Assembly: GCF_001194135.2 (NCBI RefSeq)
Contig: NC_068982.1
Location: 26,635,554 to 26,680,255, forward strand
Direction of reading: 5' to 3'
From: Octopus bimaculoides
Taxonomy: Eukaryota
DNA length: 44,702 nt
Notes under the pieces: model-generated
What the model saw: only the letters and a program-made list of their open reading frames with translations
The model's database searches: none
What the model was told of the DNA's origin: nothing
In this document: positions 33,831-44,702 of the stretch, in pieces
How positions within the stretch are numbered: position 1 is the first letter of the stretch
Layout of the letters: each line of letters starts with the position of its first letter
Program-made: the position numbers and the translations under genes

Positions 33831-34625
33831 TCTGATTCCAACAGTTAAGAATAACAACTGATCCCAAGATGAGGTTATTTCCTGTTGTGAGCGTAACATT
33901 CGAACACATGTCATGACAAGCAGAATAATGTTCTTAATATTCGAGCTAATGTTTTCATTTCCTTGCCGCCTACTTAATTCAAATCTTAATCAATTAAAAT
34001 TTCCCATTTCCTTTGATCAGATTGTATTAAAATTAGGCATTAAACCAAATTTTTACTCTTATACAATCTAAAGATAATTTTGGTTAATTGAAATTTGCTT
34101 ATTCACTACATTAACATGTTAGTGTCAACTTGAATATTGTATTTATACAGTTGGTGTCCCTGCGTAATTTCCTTCAATCGTTACACAATAGCTTATCTGT
34201 GCAGTCGAAAAAATAATAATTCAACAACTTACCTACCATTCGGCAGTAACTGATATTATAACTATTGATTTCTAACATTTGTACCAGGCCGAACACTTGG
34301 TGTTGACATTAATATATTTATTCGTTTGCTATTCTTTTCCACACACCATTATCCGCACAGCCACACTCTATTCTTATACACTTACAGACGCACACACTTA
34401 CACACGCACACATACACTAGTCACTAGCTCCTATCAAAGTCACTAGCCCCTATCCACACACACATACATTCTCACATACACACACACACGCACACGCACC
34501 TTCATTTTGAGACCACCTGTACTTTCTTATCTCCCCTTCTGTCTACCTCTCCTGTCAAACCTTTTTTACCAACCAATCGCAAAATCCCCAACTTTTTTTA
34601 TTCTCTCTGTGTTTACTTTCTCTTA

Positions 34626-34665
34626 TTCCTCTCTGCTGAAGAGCGTAGGCTCGAAAAGTAAAAGA
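34626..34665 (+). ncRNA. Degenerate hammerhead-like motif in a pLTR-like repeat
   Basis: CTGCTGA-A-GAGC-GTAG-GCTC-GAAA-A-GTA-AAAGA; two core deviations; next to a gap. Confidence 0.35.
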
Positions 34666-34924
34666 TTTTCTCACNNNNNNNNNNGTATTTATTTTCTCCT
34701 AATTAATAAATAACTCGGACAAAATAAATTGGTTAATAGATACCAGGGTACCAGGGTTAAAATGTCTTACGTTTAAGCTGGTTCCCATACATTTCTCTGA
34801 AGAGAAGATTACATTTTTAACATCGCCGATTCCTATGGCAGGTATAATTTGTAATCTTCGAAACATATGTTGGAAATAAAAGTATGCAGTTAACATATGC
34901 GTTTTACTCCATTCATTAAATTTA

Positions 34925-35032
<108 letters not shown>

Positions 35033-35817
35033 TGACCTGAAAATCCGCTTTTGTTCTCTACAGTTAATTGATGTACTGCCATTGAGAACGATCGGCTGAA
35101 ATAACTGGGAAGTTATTTAATTACTTCCCAAGCGTATCACTATTATAAGCGAGGTCTCAAAGAATCTCTTTTATTTCTGACGATAAGAGATCGGAACTGA
35201 GCTCAAAATGTACAAAGCGGAAAGAGATACCGCAAGGTATTTTATGTTATCAAATATCATTCCGTCAATCTGTTATGCTTGACTGATACTTTATTTATCG
35301 ACCTCGATATGATGTATGGCAAAGCTGACCTAAGCAGGACTGAACTGGCGCAAATGCCATTAGACATATTACCCAACGCCCTAATGACTTTTCCAATTCA
35401 GTGCAATACATACTATATTGGTGATTAAGCTTCTTTTTTTTCTTAAATTTCCTAGTAACGTAAATGGAATGGCTTCACCAAAATCGAAATCGGATAGTAA
35501 TCATGGCTCCGGTTTAACAGCCAACATATTTTATCACTATCATTTGGATTCGTAACCTCATCTAAAGATAAGATCACGAAACCGAATAGTTGATAAGATT
35601 AATAATATTTAGATAGGAATAACAAAAAATGAAAATTTACATCATTATGTTTCAATTGGTTTCATCTCCAATCAACATTAGGTATTTCTAATACCTATTT
35701 AAATAGTACCTAACTAGATTCGAATTAGAAACTTTCATTTCTAAACAAAGGATATTACATACAAATCTAATATTATGTGCACATTATGAAAAGCAGCGAT
35801 CTAACATAATTGTTCTC

Positions 35818-36005
35818 GCGCCAGACAAACTGCTTAGCAACACTGCAGCTGTCTTTACGTTCTATGTTCACATTCCACAGACGTCAACTATGACTTTCAT
35901 CCTTTCGTAGTCGATAAAATAAATACTAGCTGAGCATTGCGGGTCGATGTATTTGACTTATCCTCTCCCCCGAAATTGCTGGCCTTGTACCAAAATTTGA
36001 AACCA
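35818..36005 (+). mobile_element. tRNA-derived SINE (diverged)
   Basis: GTCTTTACGTTCT..TTTCATCCTTTCGTAGTCGATAAAAT..AAATTGCTGGCCTTGTACCAAAATTTGAAACC. Confidence 0.8.
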
Positions 36006-36023
36006 ATATGTATATATCTGTCA

Positions 36024-36231
36024 GTAGGCTGGCAGAATCGTTAGCACGCCAGCAAAATGCTCTGTAGCATTATGTCTGTCTTTACATTCTGAGTTCAAAT
36101 TCTACCGAGATCGACTTTGCCTTTTATGTTCTCGGAGTCAATAATATAAGTACCAGTTAAGCACTTGGGTCAATGAAATCGACTTGCCCCCTCTTCCAAA
36201 CTTGCTGGTCTTGTGCCAAAACTTGAAGCCA
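36024..36231 (+). mobile_element. tRNA-derived SINE, tandem with the previous copy
   Basis: GCTGGCAGAATCGTTAGCACGCC, GAGTTCAAATTC B box, TAAGTACCAG, GTGCCAAAACTTGAAGCC. Confidence 0.85.
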
Positions 36232-37094
36232 GTATTATGAAGACATCTACAAATTAGATCTGAAGACGATCATAGATCTTCCTTCTTAAAACGTAGAGCA
36301 GATATGTAAAATGTGCTTAAATGAGAAAAATATTTCAGTAACAGCTTATCTCAGACATTTATCTTATTATATATCATCTCAAATGTTGTGCATAAGACAA
36401 ATATGGTTTAACGGATCATCTGAACGCAGGCTTTGTATAGAAACTGCAAATATAGTCATAAGGTTTTCACATGAAAAGAAAATCACTAGAGAGAGCTGCA
36501 ATTACAACTTATAACTTTGCAAGTTAACTTACTGGAACCCAATATATATTTATATATAATATTCACTATTTTACTGACAAATATATCACCCATATGTCTC
36601 ATCCTAAATCTTTATTTAAAAATATAGAAGCAGAAGGTTTTGTAAATACACTGTATAGTTGTTACCACTGGATGAAAGACCATGTGACTCTGCTTCAATC
36701 AAGTCTGATAGTGACCTCAAATCCGTAATGATAAATCTTAAATTGTAATCGCTGATGTTTTTATCAAAGTTCCTTCGTTAAAGAAACTAATTGACTTGTA
36801 TCTCAAAATAACTAGACAGGAAGACTATATATGTTTTCAGATTTGCTTCCATATATGTTTCATATATATTTTCTTGTGTGAGATTTATCAAATATCTGCA
36901 TGTCTTCTTTTTTATGTCAGGTCTTGAAATCAGTGGCATTTATCAATGTGCGATTTCCTTCATTCGATTCAAAGACGAGGAAGTGAATTTCGTAATGGTG
37001 AAGACTTTCCCACGAGTATACATGACGTCAACTACTCAATAATTCAATCAACCCATATATTTCTTGTCCTAAGGCCAGTAATTTACCTGAATGT

Positions 37095-37270
37095 GTAAAG
37101 CGACGGACAAAATATTGTGTTGTATTTAGCTACTTCTTTTCACGTTCTGAGAGCGTATGTCACCGAGGTCGAGTTCATGTTACATCCTTTCAGAATTGAT
37201 AAAACAAAGTATCTGCCAAGAAGTAGAGTAGATTTAATCAACTATGTCTTACCTTAAGTTGTATGACATC
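37095..37270 (+). mobile_element. Highly diverged SINE remnant
   Basis: CACGTTCTGAGA..CACCGAGGTCGAG..CATCCTTTCAGAATTGATAAAA. Confidence 0.55.
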
Positions 37271-40200
37271 ACAACTCTAGGATCGTTAAAAGAAAGTATT
37301 AAAGAGTAATTGTTCAGATTTACTCAAGCATAGCCTCCTACCAATATCCGTGACATTCTACTATGCTTAAAGACCAATATCTATATCACAGTAGCAAGTG
37401 CCTCAAAATAAGAAATATATTACTCTCATGCTAACTCTACGACGCGGGTTCTGTTCCTCGTTGAACATGTTTACTGCTATTTAATGACCTTAAAAATTTA
37501 TGAAAGTTATAATGTCCTATTTTCTTTGCCTCCCTTAAATGCGTAGTTCCTTGTATTGATAACATGAAACTAATATAATCTGTTTGGAAAAATATCATCA
37601 GCCAACAAATACCATCTTTGCAAGTTTGAATTACAAAGCGGCTTCAATCCTCAATCGAAATTATCTCGTGGACGTGCACCTTGGATAAAGCAGTCGCTCA
37701 TATAATATTTATTTTTGGGTTTCAGCCAAGTGGCTGTGGTCATGCTGGAGCACCACCAAAAACCATAGGATAGTTATATCAGGAATGTCTTTCGCCATAG
37801 AATTTGTTTATATATATACATGAAATAGTGCTAAACAATAATGACTAATTATTTTGCAAGTAGCAATAACATCATTTATATTTTCCTTCTGTAAATGATA
37901 GAACTTTTAATGTGATATTGTTCCTCTCTTTTAAATTATAAAGTATAGTATCTTTATTACAATCGAGCTAATTGCTTAAATTTTAAGCATTACTGGTTTC
38001 TTTTAAATAAAATATAAAAAATAGAAAACTGGACTTTGCGTGAATATTTTTCTTTAAAAAAAAGCTATAATTTCAAACATCGAAATCATCCCACTGACTG
38101 TCCCATACCTCAAACGTTACGCTTCAAGTAGAATTCTTACTTGTTCTGTCTTTATGTAGTGATTGACCTACGTAAGAAATGAAATCAAATCAGTCTGACA
38201 CATTTCCAGCAGAAAGCGTTAAAGTTAGCCTCGCAAATCAACGGAAAGCTGGTTGATTTCAGTGATAGCGATTTTTAAACTGGTTTAGTTTACCATTGAA
38301 TTCTTTGGTACCTATTTACAGCTGTGTTAATTGGTTGAGAGGTGAGTGTTCTTATGGGTAACAAATTGCTATGCTGATAACTTTTACGAATAATCGAAAC
38401 GGATGTTTTTCGAGCTGATCGATTTGGCTAACTATAGTTCTCTCGTTCTCATAAGACTTTAATATATTTTAATACACTCTGAGAAAAAAAAAGTATCTTT
38501 AATTTCTTTATGCAATTCACATTATATATTTATTGCAAGATTATATGGATTTTCGGTGCTATATTCTCATTGCACGCTTCAGGCATTATATTATATTTCT
38601 GTATAAGATACTTAATTTTAACTGCTGCAGTTTACCATACTGTAGTACAACGAACACCAGGTCTTAATTGATAAAATGTCATAGATAGTTTAGCATCAAC
38701 GTGAATGATATTAGTTTCTACTTGCTGAAAGGCTGCAGAAATTTTAGTTAATCATCAGTTCTATAGACTTTTTGAAGATTGTGAATGCATAAAATATTCT
38801 CACAGCTGTTTTAATATTGCGTCGAAAATGTCTTTAAGTGTTCAATTGTACCCAAAGAAAGCAAATTTATAACTCTTGACAATGATATTTTGACAATGCC
38901 TAATTTTACGTTGTGACTAGGTCAGTGCTGGAGAACAAGAGATAAGCGCTTTGCGAGAACCCTGTGATGCAAGTTTAATTGACGGCGTATCCTTTCCTTG
39001 CCTTCATAATGCTCATAAGGAAGACGAAAATTGCTGCACCCTATTTCTTCTACTTTATAATTTTTCTTGCTGAATCTGGTGGGAGGGATCGTAGCCATTA
39101 CCATTGTAGTCCCTCCGAGGCTGATCAGTTAATATTCCGTTTAATATTTTGCAGGTAAGATAAGAACAGAGAGAAAATTCCAGAGAACAACGTTCTGGAG
39201 AAGAAGGGCAGAGTATAGAAATTCATCCGAAAGAAAAATATACAAAAATCCATTTTATTTTATATAAGAATATTTTTATGACAGAAAAAAAATTCGATTA
39301 GTGAACATGGTTTGATCTCATGACCTGTCAATGTCATAATCAGATCAATATCCCGAGTAATGGCATTATAAATAAAAGTTCACATTGCATTAGTGTAGCT
39401 TATCTTTTATATTTGGAAATAATTTGGGTCAAACAATAATCTAATCTTAGGGGATCCGTCATCAACTAATTAAACTAAACTAAATGGTCCTGCAATGTTC
39501 TGTTCAAAGGTTAGGACAATTTGTATTAGTAAAGTAGTCGTAACTCAAATGAAATGTTAACGACTTCTGGTTAAATGCCCCATCAATTAACTTATGGCCT
39601 GCTGTTTTCAATTGATAATAAAAAGAATATTGACACGGACGAAAAATATTTTACTTCAAAGGATATGCGTGTGTGTGCGCGTGTATATATGTGTATGCGT
39701 GCATCTTTGTGTGTGTCAATATGTATACATATATATACATATATATATGTATATACTGTATACATATATATATATATGTATATACTGTATACATATATAT
39801 AGAGAGAGAGGAAGAGAGACAGAGAGGGAGAGGGAGAGGGAGAGAGAGAGGGAGAGAGAAGGGTAGAAAGGTAGTGATATGGTGGTACCCAAGCATGATC
39901 AAAGTTTATTGAATGAAAAAGTAAAAGAATAAAAGTAAATATANNNNNNNNNNNNNNNNNNNNNNNNNNNNNNNNNNNNNNNNNNNNNNNNNNNNNNNNN
40001 NNNNNNNNNNNNNNNNNNNNNNNNNNNNNNNNNNNNNNNNNNNNNNNNNNNNNNNNNNNNNNNNNNNNNNNNNNNNNNNNNNNNNNNNNNNNNNNNNNNN
40101 NNNNNNNNNNNNNNNNNNNNNNNNNNNNNNNNNNNNNNNNNNNNNNNNNNNNNNNNNNNNNNNNNNNNNNNNNNNNNNNNNNNNNNNNNNNNNNNNNNNN

Positions 40201-40590
40201 NNNNNNNNNNNNNNNNNNNNNNNNNNNNNNNNNNNNNNNNNNNNNNNNNNNNNNNNNNNNNNNNNNNNNNNNNNNNNNNNNNNNNNNNNNNNNNNNNNNN
40301 NNNNNNNNNNNNNNNNNNNNNNNNNNNNNNNNNNNNNNNNNNNNNNNNNNNNNNNNNNNNNNNNNNNNNNNNNNNNNNNNNNNNNNNNNNNNNNNNNNNN
40401 NNNNNNNNNNNNNNNNNNNNNNNNNNNNNNNNNNNNNNNNNNNNNNNNNNNNNNNNNNNNNNNNNNNNNNNNNNNNNNNNNNNNNNNNNNNNNNNNNNNN
40501 NNNNNNNNNNNNNNNNNNNNNNNNNNNNNNNNNNNNNNNNNNNNNNNNNNNNNNNNNNNNNNNNNNNNNNNNNNNNNNNNNNNNNNNNNN

Positions 40591-41754
40591 NATCAACTTG
40601 CTATAAAAGCAGGTAGTAATTTTACCTTGTCCTTATTCTTAGTGCAAGTTTTGAAGTGTGCAGTTCGATTATAAGGGTTATTTTTTCAAAGCTATAAAGT
40701 GATAAAGGATCGTATTCAGCATATTTTGCTTTATGAGTTCAATAAAGGCAACAACGCAACGGAAAGTGCGAGGAATATTAATGCAGTATATGGGGATCAG
40801 ACAATAAGCGTAAGCCAGTGTCAACGGTGATTCCAGAAATTCCGAGCTGGAAACTACAGCCTAGAAGACAAGCCTCGTCCTGGAAGATCTGTAGAGCTCG
40901 ACGAGAACGTCCTGCAAACCCTGGTGAAACAAGATACCGTCGTAAATGTTGAGGAACTAGCAGAAAAGCTTGGATTTGGTCATTCAACCATTCATCGACA
41001 CATTCGTGCCAGCGGAAAAGTCAGCAAATTGGGTCAATTTCCGAGTCTAATCGCATGCAGAGAATGAATGTCCGCTCTTCTTTACTGTCACGTCTCACGA
41101 ATGAACCTTTTTTGGGACGCAATAGTCACTGGTGCCGAGAAATGGGCTCTCTATAAAAATGTCAAGCGCTGAAGACAGTGGGTAGGGAAAGGAGAAACAC
41201 TAGCACTCCAGGCTGAAGGTCTTCCCCCACGTAAGGTGTTGTTATCTGTTTGGTGGGATATGAAACAAACCCGAAACAAACGACAACAAAGGAGATCTAA
41301 AGCGAGCAGCTTGAGCGGTTCAAGTCAGCGCTTGAAGAAAAACGACCATCTTTGGTTTCAAGACGAAAAGCGTTCTTTCATCAGGATAATGCTAGGCCAC
41401 ATACAACGAGGATGACATTCTAAAGGATAGGGCAGTTTGAATGGGAAACGGTGCCCCATTCACCATATTTGCCGAACATTGTCCCATCTGATTATTATGT
41501 AGTCCGCAGTCTTCAAAATCATTTGGACGGAGAAGATATGAATTCCGTAGACGAAGTCAGAGTAATACTGGAGGAGTACTTTGCGTCTTGGACAAGTGAA
41601 TTTTGGAAGAGGGGCCTTGCAAGTCTACCAAAAAGATGGAAGAGCATTGTAGAAAATGAAAGAGAGTATATTTTAGATTAAAAAAGAACTTTATTTTAAT
41701 TTTGAAAAATAAAAGAGGTATAAAAAATATCGCATTATTTATGAGATGACCCAA
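40591..41754 (+). mobile_element. Mariner (DD34D) transposon copy 2, same family as 6541-7757
   Basis: Collinear with copy 1; right TIR CGCATTATTTATGAGATGACCCAA+TA; HQDNARPH; PHSPYLPNIVPSDYY; left TIR in the gap. Confidence 0.93.
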
Positions 41755-42197
41755 TACATACATACATGAGTGCATGTATATGCTCTTGTGTATGTTTGCG
41801 TGTACGTGTATGTTTATGTACGCCTTATGAAAGTAAAGTTAACTTCCAATTCACCCAGCCATACTTGCGTCAAACATGACACTTTGGACACGTGCATTCG
41901 CCATAGATTCGGGTCGATCCATGTCTTTTGGGTGACATTAGATAGACAGAAGCTGTGTGGAAGCCAGTCGAAATGATTGTCTCTAATTACAGTCAGTTAC
42001 GTCACACTATATTTCTATGATTCCGTCTGGGTATTACGCTAAAGTATGCATGTTATTGGAATATTCATCCAGTTACATTATAATTCAAATTGTAGGTAGC
42101 TCAGTTGACCGAACAACAGGAATACTGTATTTACATCGAAACTGACGGAAGACCAAACAAATTTTAATTATTTATGTATATTGAATGTATATATATC

Positions 42198-42204
<7 letters not shown>

Positions 42205-42250
<46 letters not shown>

Positions 42251-42458
42251 CTGTGTGTGTGTATCGATGCATATATATATGTAATATGTCTGCATATATA
42301 TAGATATATATGAATATATATGTATATATGTGTGTGTATATATATATATGTAAATATATATATATATGTGTGTGTATATATATATGTATGTATGCGTATA
42401 TATATATATGTATATATATATCTATTTATATATGTATATATATATATATATATGTATA

Positions 42459-42505
<47 letters not shown>

Positions 42506-42568
42506 NNNNNNNNNNNNNNNNNNNNNNNNNNNNNNNNNNNNNNNNNNNNNNNNNNNNNNNNNNNNNNN

Positions 42569-42605
<37 letters not shown>

Positions 42606-42712
42606 GAGAGAGGGGGAGATAGATATATATAGATAGATATATGTATACATCTTCATACATACATACATACATACATACATACATACATACATACATACAT
42701 ACATACATACAT
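42205..42712. repeat. Compound (TG)n, degenerate (TA)n, (GA)n and (ACAT)n microsatellite block
   Basis: Direct reading; contains a 63-N gap. Confidence 0.9.
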
Positions 42713-43513
42713 CGTTAGAATTGAATACAATGCTTTTAATTTGGTTGATGTTTCATAGGTCTTCCTCAAATGTAGATCATGTGGAAAATGTAATGGCTGC
42801 AATATACATGGAGATAATTAGATAATTCTGTGAATGCTTCCTAAAAGCAACAGCCAACTCATAAAATAATATAAAATAAACACATTGCGTGGGTGACAAC
42901 TACAACGAATTCGGGTAGCATCCATTACTGAATAAATGGCTTTGATATAAAGTTGAGCATCAAACAATTTTTCTAACTCCAGATTACCACCATTGCTCAA
43001 GGAGGGAGCAAAGTGAAGCAACGTTTGTGGGGCGAGATAGCGGAAGATAATAAAAGGAATGGTTAGATTTCAAAGAACAGGGAATTATTTACTTAATCAA
43101 TATAAGCGTGGGCCAAATAACTAATCGTTTCACTTACAAAGGAGTGACATCGCTTTCATCGTTTGTCTACATGCAACTGATAAGCAGAATGTAATTTATA
43201 TAGTATTAGATAAACATCATAAGTACTTTATGAATACGTGGCGTCTATGTCAGAAGAGTGTTAGTAGTGAAAATGTGACAAGTTATAAGATACATACATA
43301 TATAACACATACACATGTAAGTATCACACACATCTACGCACAAGCATTTACGTATATATGTACATATATGTACATATATGTACATATATATANNNNNNNN
43401 NNNNNNNNNNNNNNNNNNNNNNNNNNNNNNNNNNNNNNNNNNNNNNNNNNNNNNNNNNNNNNNNNNNNNNNNNNNNNNNNNNNNNTATATATATATATAC
43501 ATACATACATACA

Positions 43514-43545
<32 letters not shown>

Positions 43546-43547
43546 GC

Positions 43548-44005
43548 TTTTATCTTTTATCATTTACTTGTTTCAGTCATTAGCTTGCGGCCATGCTAGG
43601 CACCACCTTGAAAGGTTTTTAGTCGAATAAATTGACCACAGGATTTATTTTTGTTAAAGCCTGGTACTTATTCTACCGGGTGGTTTTTTTTTTTTTACCG
43701 AATCGCTAAGTTACGGGGACGTAAACACCCAAACACCAGGTGTCAAGCGGTGCTGAGAGACAAACGCAGACACAAAGACACACTCACAAAAAACCACACA
43801 GACACATATACACATATACGACATATATAATATATATATATACTACAGACTTCTTTCAGTTTCCGTCTACCACATCCACTAGCAAGACTTTGGTCGGCTC
43901 GAAACTATAGTAGAAGACACTTGCCCAAGGTGTCATGCAGTGAGATTGAACCTAGAACCATGTGGTTGGGTAGCAAGCTTCTTACCACACAACCACGCCT
44001 GCACC
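43548..44005 (-). mobile_element. tRNA-derived SINE of a second family with a CORE-like segment
   Basis: Minus strand: GGTGCAGGCGTGGTTGTGTGGTAAGAAG (A box), GGTTCAATC (B box), CACCTTGGGCAAGTGTCTTCTACTATAG (CORE-like), internal (TG)n, tail GATAAAAGATAAAAG. Confidence 0.85.
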
Positions 44006-44702
44006 ATGTATATATGATGGCCGCCAGTTCGATTTCGAACATAACTACGCCGTTGTTGCTGGTGTTCGCCACATGTAGTAGGTTTAATGGCTTTTCTGTT
44101 ATGGTATCTCGTATGACTACCAAGGTCTGCATTGTTCTAAATACTTCGAAACTAAGGGACGCATAATTTTTTCAAGAGTTACACCACCAGGTACTCCGTC
44201 GTTGTGCATTTATCTCTTTGTCCAATATGAATTTACAATGCAGCAGATGAGCACACATTTGGATATTATATACACGCACACATATATAAATGTGCGTGCG
44301 TGTGTGTGTGTGTGTGTGTGTGCTACGTTTATCCAATAGCGTTACACCACTAAAACTTAGTGGCTATTTAAGCAATGTATTCGCGGATAATTAATGGCCT
44401 GGATGTGGTACAGAAGGACCATGAACTCCTGAAATATGCAAATGCATCCATTACATATTTTTCTATCTTCGATCACACTGTTTATGTGGACGTATTCCCA
44501 TTCGGACTGTCATATCTTTCAACGCTGGCTCTGGATTCTGTAAAAATCTGTAAAGATACACTTATATACATATATATATATATATATATATAACCCTTTT
44601 TTAAACCTAACAAAACTCTCAACTCTCATGCATCCTTATTTTTCCTACCAGTTTATACATGAACTACTATTGAACTACAAAAGCTCAAAGACAATATAAT
44701 GT

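Noticed and set aside
36255-36300. CTGAAGA...AAACGTA hammerhead look-alike
   Set aside because: GAAA is absent, the hairpin does not abut the core, and stem I cannot be formed.
38700-38760. Minus-strand CTGATGA...GAAAC hammerhead look-alike
   Set aside because: No convincing stem II or stem I, and no G-U-H after GAAAC.

Overview
AT-rich animal genomic DNA with dense microsatellites and about 4.1 kb of N gaps. The SINE families and repeat style point to a coleoid cephalopod, probably Octopus (inference, no search run). I find no intact host gene and no intact transposon ORF; most ORF-track entries are microsatellite or N-gap artefacts. The window is a graveyard of decayed mobile elements: two convergent ORF1-only (gag-like CCHC) retroelements, Tc1/mariner elements, four RTE-clade LINE fragments, two tandem R4/Dong RLE retrotransposons at (AAT)n, Penelope-like (PLE) fragments, many tRNA-derived SINEs, and a TIR/TSD-bounded MITE. 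The best leads are: (1) four hammerhead-ribozyme-like motifs, one with a complete core at 77-147 and one directly downstream of a PLE ORF end; (2) an RTE ORF2 tail carrying three tandem C2H2 zinc fingers; (3) the pair of ORF1-only 'half-LINE' elements; (4) a MITE with an 8-bp TSD whose centre is a (TAACCC)n/(GGGTTA)n telomeric inverted repeat; (5) two mariner copies 34 kb apart sharing the same two stop codons. All motif calls were made by eye.
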